Positions 35,362 to 44,844 of a stretch of DNA of 52,621 nucleotides are shown here, piece by piece. The DNA lies in IMG/VR virus record IMGVR_UViG_3300018405_000026, positions 1 to 52,621 of that record; one strand, written 5' to 3'. The translations under genes and the position numbers were made by a program. Source of the DNA: a virus. Its lineage: Duplodnaviria; Caudoviricetes. The first letter of the stretch is position 1, and every line of letters begins with the position of its first letter. The notes under the pieces were generated by a model. It was given only the letters and a program-made list of their open reading frames with translations. It had not been told where the DNA came from and did not search any database.

Positions 35362-36405
35362 CTAAGCAGCTACGACTTTAGTCGCAATATAGACTTTATC
35401 GGCAGCAGGGAATGACGGCAATCCCATACCTGAGGCACGTACCCATCTAGCTACTGGATCATCCGTCACATATGTGTCGACTACGATGTTTCCGACTTTA
35501 GAGTCATTCACTTCGTTTGTTTGGCGCAATACCAATTCTTCTGGAGTTGGACCGAATACGCGGTGTCCTAGAATGCCGTCAGGCAATAAAATGAATGAAT
35601 CTTCTGGAATGTAGCGATTAGTTTCGATGACGTATTTACCATTTTTTAATACGCGCTTACGGTATTTGCCCTCGACAACTTGCAATTGCGGTAAACCTTG
35701 CTCTGCGAAGAAACTATTCAACACTGCGAAACTAACTAAACGGTCAGAGTTCGTTCCATATAAGGCTGAACGGATAGACGCATTATTTTGCAGTGTATTA
35801 GCTACTTTACGAGATGTTATTGCACGTGATGGACGTGTACCAGTAGACGTTTCTACTGCGTCTTGCCATGCTCTGATATCATCCATAGGTTTTGCACTTG
35901 CTGTTGACCATTTAGTTGAAGGCGTACTTGTGTGTGCTGTCGGCAATTTGTAATCCAACGTACCTTTATAACCGTTTTCGTCAAATGTAAGTTTGCCTGT
36001 CGTTAGTGCCTCGAAAGCCATTGCGATGTAACGAGTGCGAACAGCTTTAACTAAGTTGTTTGCGTCGTCAAATACTTTAGCGATCTTCTCTGTTAACTCG
36101 CGGTCGTTACGAGGGGTCTCGATAACCATTGCGTCTTTGGCACTAAGTTTTAACTTACGTCTTACTTGGGCTAATTCCATAGACATGATTTCGAATGCCT
36201 CGCGGTCTCCGATTTCAGTCTCAGCATCCCAGCTGTGAACAGACGCTACTACAGGTAAGCCTTCGCCGCCTTTAATGTATTCAAGCGTTAAAGCCTCTTG
36301 TTTTGTTTCAGGGAATAACGCATCAATCACGCCGTTATCGACTGGAATCTCATGTGTGTAATCTTGTAAATTTGTTGCATTAACGATTTCGTGTAATTTA
36401 GGCAT
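35362..36405 (-). CDS. Major capsid protein (lambda gpE-like family)
   Basis: 347 aa with LFPE, EALTTGK, LDY, W....AKP..DI and DP...W.....LPS motifs. Follows scaffold and decoration genes. Confidence 0.9.
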   Translation of the reverse strand: MPKLHEIVNATNLQDYTHEIPVDNGVIDALFPETKQEALTLEYIKGGEGLPVVASVHSWDAETEIGDREAFEIMSMELAQVRRKLKLSAKDAMVIETPRNDRELTEKIAKVFDDANNLVKAVRTRYIAMAFEALTTGKLTFDENGYKGTLDYKLPTAHTSTPSTKWSTASAKPMDDIRAWQDAVETSTGTRPSRAITSRKVANTLQNNASIRSALYGTNSDRLVSFAVLNSFFAEQGLPQLQVVEGKYRKRVLKNGKYVIETNRYIPEDSFILLPDGILGHRVFGPTPEELVLRQTNEVNDSKVGNIVVDTYVTDDPVARWVRASGMGLPSFPAADKVYIATKVVAA

Positions 36406-36409
36406 ATTC

Positions 36410-36721
36410 TTATACTCCTCCCACTGGTGTTAAGTCATAAAACGCAATCTGTTTTAAAGCAGCTTGGGCTGCTGCGGACGGTTCTGCAGGTAGCGCAGGA
36501 GCTAACAAGTGTCCCTCGACAATCAATGTCATCGGTTGACCGACTTCTGTGTCATGGTAAACCACCCCACGGGCTGTTGCATCATTGGCAGGATAAATTG
36601 CGCCGTGCGGTACGATATTACCTGGCCAAGTGCCTTCTGCAGTGTCTGTAAATGCTACATGGTGAGCAGATTTAAAAATATTCTGTTCCACAGTGTAGAC
36701 TGTTTTATCACTAATTTTCAT
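36410..36721 (-). CDS. Head decoration-like protein
   Basis: IVP.G.IYPANDATA.GVV..D...G....LP pattern, between scaffold and MCP. Confidence 0.7.
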   Translation of the reverse strand: MKISDKTVYTVEQNIFKSAHHVAFTDTAEGTWPGNIVPHGAIYPANDATARGVVYHDTEVGQPMTLIVEGHLLAPALPAEPSAAAQAALKQIAFYDLTPVGGV

Positions 36722-36737
36722 AGTTTATATTTCCTCC

Positions 36738-37334
36738 TTAGTATTCTCCCCACGCTTTAGGTGCGGTAGCTTCAATTTCGGCTTTACGTTGCTGTCCTAG
36801 AGCTTCTGCAAGCGATACTTTCGTTGGATCTGCATTCTTATTGACGGCTGCTGGTTTAGCACCAAACAATGAGAATGAAGGCTTATCCTCTTTAGTATCG
36901 GCTTTCTTAACGAATTCGGGATTTTGTTCGGCAAATGCCGTAAACTTCGACTCAAAGTCTTTTAGTTTTCCGTCCGCGTCTCGTTCTAATTCGCCTAGCT
37001 TAAATAAAGCAAATTCGATATTCGTCACACCTTTATCACGCAATGCGTCTTCAGCATCTTTGCGAATTCGGTGTGCAGTCAAATCTTGCTCAGCTTTATC
37101 AGCTCTTGCTTTTTGGTCATTAATTTCAGCTTGTAAGGCCTCATTATCTTTATTGTCTTTTTGCAACTTCTCGATTGTCGAATTTGCGTCTTTGAGTTGT
37201 TCATTTTTTGAATTAAAATCGTGTTTAGGAACGTAGTCTGTTGCGATTCCTGCTTTTAATGCTTTCTCAGCTTCCGCAACATTTAGTTTTCCGTCCGCGT
37301 CCATGTGTTCATTCAAAATGTCAGTGATATTCAT
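36738..37334 (-). CDS. Capsid scaffolding protein (Phage_GP20-like)
   Basis: YVPKHDFN.KNE.LK followed by a coiled coil. Confidence 0.88.
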   Translation of the reverse strand: MNITDILNEHMDADGKLNVAEAEKALKAGIATDYVPKHDFNSKNEQLKDANSTIEKLQKDNKDNEALQAEINDQKARADKAEQDLTAHRIRKDAEDALRDKGVTNIEFALFKLGELERDADGKLKDFESKFTAFAEQNPEFVKKADTKEDKPSFSLFGAKPAAVNKNADPTKVSLAEALGQQRKAEIEATAPKAWGEY

Positions 37335-37344
37335 CTTGCTTTCT

Positions 37345-37440
37345 CCTTTATTCCTTTTTATTCTGGTCGGTTCCAGTAAGGATGTTTTTATTTGCCGGAT
37401 ATTCCGTCGGCGCGGTTAGTTTAATGACATTCCGGTCAAA
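37345..37440 (-). promoter_or_regulatory. Structured leader upstream of the scaffold gene
   Basis: Three short hairpins (GAC/GTC, GCCG/CGGC, CTGG/CCAG), each followed by A(A/T)TAAA. Confidence 0.5.
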
Positions 37441-37443
37441 GGT

Positions 37444-37689
37444 TTATAATCTGATTTTCTCGATGCGTGCGCGTTCTTCCAGTATGGCGCCGTAAGCTTC
37501 CATCGCTTTTAATTGTGCTGTCAACAGTTTCTCTGAACACTCCGGATCAAACTTCAGGACCCCATGTGACCATTGGGTCAGCATTTTTCGTAAGCCTTGT
37601 GTGCGGATCTTATTTTGTTGGTATTCGGCTTTAAACCGCTCACGGTATTCAGCGCTTTGCATCATTTCGATTGTGTCTTTCAGTTCCAT
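37444..37689 (-). CDS. Conserved small phage protein
   Basis: MELKDT..MM.S..Y.ERFKAEY.Q...LL..Q..AM..Y..IL..RA..E.I.L pattern, common in head operons. Confidence 0.8.
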   Translation of the reverse strand: MELKDTIEMMQSAEYRERFKAEYQQNKIRTQGLRKMLTQWSHGVLKFDPECSEKLLTAQLKAMEAYGAILEERARIEKIRL

Positions 37690-37699
37690 TTTCTCACTC

Positions 37700-37855
37700 C
37701 TATAAAATGTATTTATTCAGGTCGTCGTCGGGAATTTCAATATCAGTTGATTCGACATTGTGAGCATTCCACGCTTCATCCGTATCAGCGATTCGCTCTA
37801 AAGCTTGGCGAATCTTCTTGACCTCTTTCAAAAACTCTTTAAATAGTTTCTCCAT
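37700..37855 (-). CDS. Hypothetical protein (51 aa, below the track cutoff)
   Basis: AGGAG RBS, MEKLFKEFLKEVKKIRQALERIAD... Confidence 0.6.
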   Translation of the reverse strand: MEKLFKEFLKEVKKIRQALERIADTDEAWNAHNVESTDIEIPDDDLNKYIL

Positions 37856-38015
37856 TTGTCACTCCTAATAGATATGGATTGTCATCCTGATCACCTCCTA
37901 GTGGCATGTGCGACGTTTCGTTTGGCTGTTCTTTTTCCGGTTGTCTTAAAGGTATCCACAGACTTAAAATGTCAGATATCGTCATGTTGACCGCTCCCTC
38001 GTTTTTAATCATCAA
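37839..38015 (-). CDS. Hypothetical protein (about 58 aa, below the track cutoff)
   Basis: AAGGAGG RBS with TTG/ATG start. Fills the gap after the minor head gene. Confidence 0.45.
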   Translation of the reverse strand: MMIKNEGAVNMTISDILSLWIPLRQPEKEQPNETSHMPLGGDQDDNPYLLGVTNGETI

Positions 38016-38030
38016 GTGCGTATCCTCCTT

Positions 38031-39092
38031 TTAATTCAAATCTTCAATCGTTAATTGATTGACTGTTTCAATTAATTCGTTCTCCCACTCTTCGTAAACG
38101 TCCTCTAATTCCGGTCCGGTGTAGTCGTGTTCGTCTGCAAAATAATCTATCAACGTTGCGTCACGTGTGGATGACACGCTTGACCGGCATCTATAATGAA
38201 AAGGCGGGGCAGTTTTACCGATTTGGTAATCATCAATGGCATAGACATTATCGTGTTCACTTCTGCATTTGTCGGTCGTTTTGTTATCTAGGACTGCGAC
38301 GATTTTATACTCGTTTTCTAAATGCGCTTTTAATTGCTCAACCGAACCCATCGAATTGTAAGCCGTCTGTTCCGTACGGACCAATGTTTCAATGCTTGAT
38401 TTTGCAACACTTACTCGTTTTTGTATTTCTTTGGTGATTTTATCTTGTGGCCATTGCCCGATAAAACCCTGGTCTAAGATATTCGCGATTGTGTCATACG
38501 TTTTTTCTTCCTGGCCCCAGATGCGTTCCGACAAGTTATCTCTCGCCCAATTGGTTTTCAACCGGCTTTTTATCGTGTCTAATTCTAGGACCGGACGCCG
38601 GACGCTGTAACCAATATCCGCATAGCTTTTTGCAATTTCGATTTTTGCACTACCGTACACATGACTCATATTTTTATAAGTCGTTTCAATCAATCCGTTT
38701 GAACTACCGTAAACCTCCAAAGCTTTTAATTCAATTTCGGCTAATAGCGCCTCTTGACGGCTGATTCGGTGTCGGTAAGCTAAAGCTTCAACTAACCTCG
38801 GTTCGGCCTTTGGGTCCTTCGCTAATTGGGCATAACGCGCAAGTGTGACGTTCTGGAACTCTTTGAGTTGATTATTAGTTAAATATTGTATCGCGTCATG
38901 CTTAGACATTTTATAATCGTTAGCAAAACGATTGTAAAACACTTCGATTTCTTTAATCGCTTCGCGTTGGAATAGTTCCAGTTGCGCGTACATTTTGGCC
39001 AAGTATTCGGTCGTAAGTTCTTCAGCGTGTTGCTCTTGCTGCATAGACCGTTCTAGCCAATATTGTGCATTAGTTCGTGTCTTCTTCGCCAT
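38031..39092 (-). CDS. Minor head morphogenesis protein (SPP1 gp7 / Mu F)
   Basis: LSERIW, LVRTE, AVLDNKTT..C and APPFHYRCRS motifs. Confidence 0.92.
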   Translation of the reverse strand: MAKKTRTNAQYWLERSMQQEQHAEELTTEYLAKMYAQLELFQREAIKEIEVFYNRFANDYKMSKHDAIQYLTNNQLKEFQNVTLARYAQLAKDPKAEPRLVEALAYRHRISRQEALLAEIELKALEVYGSSNGLIETTYKNMSHVYGSAKIEIAKSYADIGYSVRRPVLELDTIKSRLKTNWARDNLSERIWGQEEKTYDTIANILDQGFIGQWPQDKITKEIQKRVSVAKSSIETLVRTEQTAYNSMGSVEQLKAHLENEYKIVAVLDNKTTDKCRSEHDNVYAIDDYQIGKTAPPFHYRCRSSVSSTRDATLIDYFADEHDYTGPELEDVYEEWENELIETVNQLTIEDLN

Positions 39093-40518
39093 CTGTCGTC
39101 ACCTTCTTTTCAGGTTCGAAACGTTTGTCATATTCTGGTCGGGGCGGAATGCCATATTCAGCGTTTTGCTTTTCCAAGCGGTCTTCCACTTTCTGAGAAT
39201 ACCATGGGTGCTGTTCTCGAATTGTTTGGTCATCTAATATGCCGATTGAGTTTTGCGCATTAGTAATCGCTTCAGTCTCATTCGATATCATGTCTCGGTT
39301 AAAGACGTATTCAAAACCATCAAGGTTAATCTCCCTGCCGTTGTTTGCAGCGTGCTTTTCTACAAACCACATAAACTGCTCGAGTGACTGTTGGAATTCA
39401 GTTTCCATATCGTTCATGTCGATATCTAAATCGGTGTAACGCCATTTCAAGGCTGTACCGGATGCATTACCCAAGTTTTCGTCCTGCGTGTCAATTGCAG
39501 CGGCCGCTTCATATAAAGCTTTACGAGTACGTTTCAGCTCATTTTCAGTGGCGGTAGTGTCGATTGTCGCTTGTAATTTATCCACGCCACCGTCTTGGCC
39601 AACTGAGATTGTCATGTATTCGTTGAGTAAAGCGAGAAATCGATCAAGGTCTTCGCCTTCGTAATTCTTCAAAATGTAAATAAACTTCGGAATGTCTGCT
39701 AATAAATCAGCGGCCGTTGATGATTGTAAAGCCAAGTTATCAATAATGGATTCGACTTGTTGAAGCAAACTCGCTTCATCTTCGTTATAGCGCCAAGCGA
39801 TTAATGGGGCGCGTTCCCAGTTCTGTCCATGCGTTTCGTTTAGCTTTGGATCGAACAAGTAGAAGTGCGATTGGGGTCCGTCATAAGTCGGGTCTAAACC
39901 TAAATAACCTGCTTTATCTAGCAGGTAGTAAGTAATGCCGTTCTCGTCAAAATATGCAACTTGTGTCCGGATGACAGGTTTACCTTTATCCCATACTTCA
40001 ATTGGGTAGATGCGGATAAAAGCGTCCAGGAATCCGTTACGCTCATCGCTCCAGAAAGGGATGATTTGCTCAGTGGGTACTTTAAACAAGCTTAGTTCGC
40101 CTTCCTCGTCTAAGTAGACCATTGAATAGGCAATGCCTTTAATAATAGCTTCTTGACCTAAGGACTTAATGACTTTGAGTAAATCTCGGTCAAACACTTC
40201 TTTGTTTAAATATTCTTGCGTTTGTTCGTCTTCGACAGTCACAGACGGCGCTTTGGCTAAGAGGTAGCCGACTTTCTGTTTAACTAGCTTTCTGAATTGT
40301 CCAAGCTCCAATTTAACGTTACTTCGATGTTTCAGCTGCGTCGTTTTCTTCTGGATGGCCGTTTTATTATGATAATAGGCATGTGCTTTTGTCATCATTT
40401 TCAATTCATCTGATTTTAAATGTTGATTAATACGATGTTCTAGGATTTTTTCTTGCGGTGTTTCCATAGCTAGGAATCGATCCACTAATTCTAGGTACCA
40501 CTTTGATTTGGATTGCAA
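39070..40518 (-). CDS. Portal protein (SPP1 gp6-like)
   Basis: KLVKQKVGYLL, GNASGTALKWRY..LD and VFNRDM..NE.E motifs. Confidence 0.93.
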   Translation of the reverse strand: MQSKSKWYLELVDRFLAMETPQEKILEHRINQHLKSDELKMMTKAHAYYHNKTAIQKKTTQLKHRSNVKLELGQFRKLVKQKVGYLLAKAPSVTVEDEQTQEYLNKEVFDRDLLKVIKSLGQEAIIKGIAYSMVYLDEEGELSLFKVPTEQIIPFWSDERNGFLDAFIRIYPIEVWDKGKPVIRTQVAYFDENGITYYLLDKAGYLGLDPTYDGPQSHFYLFDPKLNETHGQNWERAPLIAWRYNEDEASLLQQVESIIDNLALQSSTAADLLADIPKFIYILKNYEGEDLDRFLALLNEYMTISVGQDGGVDKLQATIDTTATENELKRTRKALYEAAAAIDTQDENLGNASGTALKWRYTDLDIDMNDMETEFQQSLEQFMWFVEKHAANNGREINLDGFEYVFNRDMISNETEAITNAQNSIGILDDQTIREQHPWYSQKVEDRLEKQNAEYGIPPRPEYDKRFEPEKKVTTDGEEDTN

Positions 40519-40521
40519 AAG

Positions 40522-41964
40522 TTAGCGCCTCCTTCTCGTTAAATTTTTTGGGGTTAATATTTGAATGCTCGGTGGTTTGCTAATCATTTCAGCAATCCCC
40601 GTAATTGCATCTTCCGCATCGTCATGTTCATTTTTACCTTCGCGTTGATAGCTGTTCAAGCTTTCCGACAACTCGTGCCATCGGTTTTCCCAGCCTTCAG
40701 GGAAATAGATATGATCCATTACCCACGTAGCGTTGGTTAAGATACGTGCGATTTTGTTCTTCGATTGGTGAAACCAAACGATTTTCGTTTTGTTCGTTTG
40801 ATACGTCTCTTTCAAGATGCGTTCGACTGCACGTGCGTAACCACGTCCACCGTTGTTAGACTCCACATAGGCGATATTTACGTCGTGCTCGTGTAATTTC
40901 TCCGCTAACAGCGGTTCCGTTTCTTCCATCGGCGCTTTAGTAAAGATTACATCCAAGATATACACCTCGTTATCAAACGTGACGCCGTATATGTAAGTTG
41001 CCAGGTAATCATTACCAGTGTCAGCCGTATCGGTATAGGATTCGACGCGTTTGAAAGTTGGCCGTCTTGTGTAAGTCTTAAAGCCTAAGTTATACAAGCG
41101 TCCTTTCAAGTCAATTGGCTCTTGCTGATAGTTAGCCGATGCAATTTCAGGGGACATAGCTTTCGTCTTACGCACGTATTCTTCGTAGGTTAAGACGTCA
41201 TCGCATAACATGACGCCGTTGCCTAAATGTGTCTTTAAATTGACGTGACGCACTTTAAATCCTAATTCAGGCAGTTCTTTCAATGCTCGTCCGGCTAAGT
41301 CTTTCGAATGCCAACGAGTCATGATCAGGATGATTTTACCGCCTGTCTCTAATCGTGACAGCATGGTGTTAGTAAACCAGTCCCAATGCATGTCTAAGAC
41401 TCGGGCGTTGTTCGCTTCTTCAGCGTTTTTGATTAAGTCATCGACGATGATAATGTCTGCACCGAAACCGGTTGCCGTTCCTCCTGGTGACGTAGCTAAG
41501 TAGTTTTGATGTCCTCCCTCTAATCCCCATAAGTTCATTGCACCGTCTCCTCGTCTGATACGTGTTTCTTTGAATATATCATTGAAGACGACGATGTTTG
41601 GGTCAGCTTTAACTTCAGATATAGCGTTTCGGACGGACTTAGAAAAAGTAGTAGACAGCGTCTCGTTATAAGACCCTGTCATTATTTTCATATTCTTGTT
41701 ACGGCCTAAAATCCACTCGACGAATTTACCAGCAGTACGTGACTTGCCGTGACGTGGTCCAATGTTAATGATCAGTACGTCGTCGTTGCTGTTTAAGTAA
41801 AAGTCTTGTAGATCTTTAGCCAAATCAATCAGATACTGTCTGTCTGCTTTGTAAAAATCTGGTGCGGTCAAATTGCAATACCTGAAAAAATCACGCGATG
41901 CAAGCTCAATACGTGCTTTGCGTTGAATGTATGCTTTCGTCAAGCCTAAGTTAGTCATAGCCAT
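40522..41964 (-). CDS. terL: Terminase large subunit
   Basis: PRHGKS Walker A, IIVDD Walker B, MTRW, YQQEP, DTA..G.DY, ESNNGG and HDDAED motifs. Confidence 0.96.
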   Translation of the reverse strand: MAMTNLGLTKAYIQRKARIELASRDFFRYCNLTAPDFYKADRQYLIDLAKDLQDFYLNSNDDVLIINIGPRHGKSRTAGKFVEWILGRNKNMKIMTGSYNETLSTTFSKSVRNAISEVKADPNIVVFNDIFKETRIRRGDGAMNLWGLEGGHQNYLATSPGGTATGFGADIIIVDDLIKNAEEANNARVLDMHWDWFTNTMLSRLETGGKIILIMTRWHSKDLAGRALKELPELGFKVRHVNLKTHLGNGVMLCDDVLTYEEYVRKTKAMSPEIASANYQQEPIDLKGRLYNLGFKTYTRRPTFKRVESYTDTADTGNDYLATYIYGVTFDNEVYILDVIFTKAPMEETEPLLAEKLHEHDVNIAYVESNNGGRGYARAVERILKETYQTNKTKIVWFHQSKNKIARILTNATWVMDHIYFPEGWENRWHELSESLNSYQREGKNEHDDAEDAITGIAEMISKPPSIQILTPKNLTRRRR

Positions 41965-42481
41965 CAGCCAACTTTGTCAACTGTTCGACCGTTAACTCTG
42001 AAAACGGATCAATCTTTCCTGAATGGTTGATATTGACGTTTTCTTGATTGAAGCCAAGCATGCGCGCTAAGCTATCGGCCGATTTCTGTTTATCGCTGAT
42101 TTCCGCCGGCACCTGTTTGACTATTCCGTCGACAATTTTATGATTAGGCAGTTCGCCTCGCATTACTTTAGTGTGAAACTGAAGTATTTCTGCACCACTT
42201 GCAATCTTCAACACTTCTTGACGTTCGTTGTATTCGGCCCTCAATTGCTCTACAACAGGCGGAATGTGTCTAAATTTGTCCGTACCGACTAACATGTTTG
42301 ACGCTACTTTACGAACTGATTTTGGACTGTATCCTGCCTTCCTTGCTGCCTCTGACGCGTTATCAAACCCTCCTGCGACGTATTCCAGGATAAATTCTTT
42401 TTGCCTTTGTCTAGATGGTGGCCAACTCGCCATCAACTCGTTTGCTTTATTTGATATCTCTTGAATTAACTGGTCGCTCAT
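41951..42481 (-). CDS. terS: Terminase small subunit
   Basis: RQKEFILEYV....NASEAARKAGYSPKS HTH, directly upstream of terL. Confidence 0.9.
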   Translation of the reverse strand: MSDQLIQEISNKANELMASWPPSRQRQKEFILEYVAGGFDNASEAARKAGYSPKSVRKVASNMLVGTDKFRHIPPVVEQLRAEYNERQEVLKIASGAEILQFHTKVMRGELPNHKIVDGIVKQVPAEISDKQKSADSLARMLGFNQENVNINHSGKIDPFSELTVEQLTKLADGYD

Positions 42482-42501
42482 TGACACCACCCTTTCTTTG
42501 C

Positions 42502-42711
42502 CTATCCAATTTCATAAGCATATTCCTTTTCTAGTTCTTCAATTAATTTAGGCGCCACAGATTTTAAAGTGGCAAATTGATTTTCGTAAATTTCCAATTC
42601 GTTTTCTTTCTCTGTTAGCTGTTCACGTAAATCTGACACTTCGGTTTTAACTAATTCAATTTGATTTTTGACCATGTTGTACTGATCTACCAGTTCAATA
42701 CCTTTTTGCAA
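42502..42711 (-). CDS. Small coiled-coil protein, first gene of the late operon
   Basis: AGGAGGT RBS with TTG start and a heptad pattern. Confidence 0.6.
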   Translation of the reverse strand: MQKGIELVDQYNMVKNQIELVKTEVSDLREQLTEKENELEIYENQFATLKSVAPKLIEELEKEYAYEIG

Positions 42712-42827
42712 AATGCCACCTCCTTTTTTATTCACTCAAAACAATACCTAGCTACCCCCAGACGAAACCTACTAATGTCCGTCACGCTATCCGCCTTGCC
42801 ACCTCGCTAGGCATTGTTTTCAATAAA

Positions 42828-42866
42828 CAAAAAGCTGCCAGAAACATTTAAAGTTTCTGCCAGCTA
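42828..42866 (-). terminator. Terminator-like hairpin in the late leader
   Basis: Minus strand AGCTGgCAGAAAC-tttaaat-GTTTCTGgCAGCT followed by TTTTGTTT. Confidence 0.65.
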
Positions 42867-42915
42867 TAAAAAGTGTAGGGTATTCCCTTATGTTATCAAT
42901 ATATCGCATATTGAT

Positions 42916-42943
42916 GGACATGTCAAGGACACATTTCGGACAT
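42916..42943 (-). promoter_or_regulatory. Three 11-bp-phased (A/G)TGTCC repeats, putative late-activator binding site
   Basis: Plus-strand GGACA(T/C) at 42916, 42927 and 42938, spanning the activator stop codon upstream of terS. Confidence 0.6.
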
Positions 42944-43450
42944 TTCATTTTCATCTATCAAGTCGGTCAAATGCGATATGCCGAATAGGTAGACCGAAAA
43001 CTCTTCGATTGATTTGCCATCATCTCTGCGAATTGTTCGCTCATCCACGCCATGTTGTTTAGCTAACGTGATATTTGTGGGCAATTCTCCACTATCTAGA
43101 TATTTACGCTTAAACACGCTCCATCTTCGGTTAGTTGCTTGTCCGGCGCTTTTGCAATAGCTCTCGTAGCTTTTCAACATCATGTCAACATAGTCCATCA
43201 TTTTAATAGTTTTTGCCTTATATTCAGCCACAGAGTTCACACGGATATCTTTCAAGACGTCATCGTGTAACTTTAGCTCTTCAAGTGAAGCTCTACAATG
43301 ACTTTGAAGCTTTCGGTAATTTACTAATAGATAGCGCGTGTTACGTAATCGCCAATCTTTTTCTTGTTCTTTTTTGAGTTTATTCGTCTTGCTAAATTCT
43401 TTTGAAACTTCCTCAACGATTGATTCTAATATCTCTTTCGGTAAATTCAA
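42923..43450 (-). CDS. Late transcriptional activator (RinA/ArpU-like)
   Basis: RLRNT.YLL.NYR N-terminus, C-terminal HTH LAKQHGVDERTIRRD, last gene before the terminase operon. Confidence 0.8.
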   Translation of the reverse strand: MNLPKEILESIVEEVSKEFSKTNKLKKEQEKDWRLRNTRYLLVNYRKLQSHCRASLEELKLHDDVLKDIRVNSVAEYKAKTIKMMDYVDMMLKSYESYCKSAGQATNRRWSVFKRKYLDSGELPTNITLAKQHGVDERTIRRDDGKSIEEFSVYLFGISHLTDLIDENEMSEMCP

Positions 43451-44811
43451 TTTGATCTGGCCTCCTCAATTTTCGCTTTTACTGCTGCAATCAATTCGTT
43501 CTGTCCTTGGTCTTTCGTTTCCAATCGACGTCTCGCTCGAATATCTTCAGTGCCTTTCACAATGATTCGGTGCATAATGACTGTTTGTTCAGTTTGTCCT
43601 TGTCTGTAAAGTCTAGCCACTGCCTGCTGGTACAGTTCTAAGCTCCACGTCATCGAGAACCACACCATGATATTTCCTCCTTTCTGGAGGTTTAATCCAT
43701 GTCCAGCTGATGCAGGATGTGCTAATAAAATTGGTATCTCGCCTGCATTCCATTTGGCCACATCACCGTCATTGACATCTAAGACCTTTGCTTGCTTGAA
43801 CCTTTTTAGGATTCGGTCGCGGTCGTGCTGGAACCAATAGAATACTAGAATCGGCTTACCTTGGGCTTCTTCGACGATTCGCTCTAAGACGTTTAACTTC
43901 TCGTCGTGTACTTCGATAACTTTTTTATCTTCGTCGTAAATTGCCCCATTAGCAATTTGCTGAAGCTTGCCTGACAGAACTGCTGCATTCGCCGCAACTA
44001 ACTCGTCTTCGCCTAACGACAGCACATAATCACGTTCGAATGTGTCATATTGCTTTTTGCTTTTACCGTCCAGTTCGATTTCAAGGTCATTGACAATTAA
44101 CTCAGGCATATCTAAGTAATCTGCACTTTTCATCGAGATGGCTACGTCTTCGATTTTGTCATAGATTATTTGATCACTGCCCGGAATCAACTTGTAGCTA
44201 TACACTATGTGTCCGTTCATTTTATCCGGTGTGAAGTACTTACGACGGTATTTCGTAATATTATTTTCCAACCGTTCACCTCGGTCAATTAAATACATTT
44301 GGGACCACAGGTCCATTAAGCTGTTCGGCGCAGGCGTCCCAGTCAGTCCAACAAAACGTTTAAACTTAGGTCGAACTTTTCGTAAAGACTTAAACCGTTT
44401 AGATGCAGCCGATTTAAAGCTAGACAACTCATCGACGACCACCATGTCAAACGGCCAATCTTTCTGATAGCGATCAACCAACCACGTCACAACATCAACA
44501 TTGGTGATATAGATATCCGCCTCGATTTGCAAGGCTTCTAATCGCTGCTTAGGACTACCAATCACTTTGGAATAGGTCAAGTTCTGGAGATGGTCCCACT
44601 TTTCGATTTCGTCGCTCCATGTTTGTTTGGCCACATTTAAAGGTGCGATGACTAAAACTTTTCTGATTTGATTGAACCTGAATAAATAGTCAATTGCGGT
44701 TAACGTGGTTAATGTCTTGCCTAATCCCATGTCCTGAAACACGCCCGAATGATTCTTTCCTAAAATCCAATCAACAGAATGGTCTTGGTAACTATGCAAT
44801 TTACATTCCAT
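43447..44811 (-). CDS. SNF2-family SF2 helicase
   Basis: DMGLGKT, VVDELS, LTGTP, HPASAGHGLNLQ and ARLYRQGQ motifs. Confidence 0.95.
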   Translation of the reverse strand: MECKLHSYQDHSVDWILGKNHSGVFQDMGLGKTLTTLTAIDYLFRFNQIRKVLVIAPLNVAKQTWSDEIEKWDHLQNLTYSKVIGSPKQRLEALQIEADIYITNVDVVTWLVDRYQKDWPFDMVVVDELSSFKSAASKRFKSLRKVRPKFKRFVGLTGTPAPNSLMDLWSQMYLIDRGERLENNITKYRRKYFTPDKMNGHIVYSYKLIPGSDQIIYDKIEDVAISMKSADYLDMPELIVNDLEIELDGKSKKQYDTFERDYVLSLGEDELVAANAAVLSGKLQQIANGAIYDEDKKVIEVHDEKLNVLERIVEEAQGKPILVFYWFQHDRDRILKRFKQAKVLDVNDGDVAKWNAGEIPILLAHPASAGHGLNLQKGGNIMVWFSMTWSLELYQQAVARLYRQGQTEQTVIMHRIIVKGTEDIRARRRLETKDQGQNELIAAVKAKIEEARSN

Positions 44812-44844
44812 CGCTAATACGTCCTATCCATTCGTCTACCGCCT
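44797..44844. repeat. 48-bp direct repeat, copy 1 (VRR-NUC stop / SNF2 start)
   Basis: caatttacattccatcgctaatacgtcctatccattcgtctaccgcct, 47/48 identical to 52032-52079. Confidence 0.92.
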
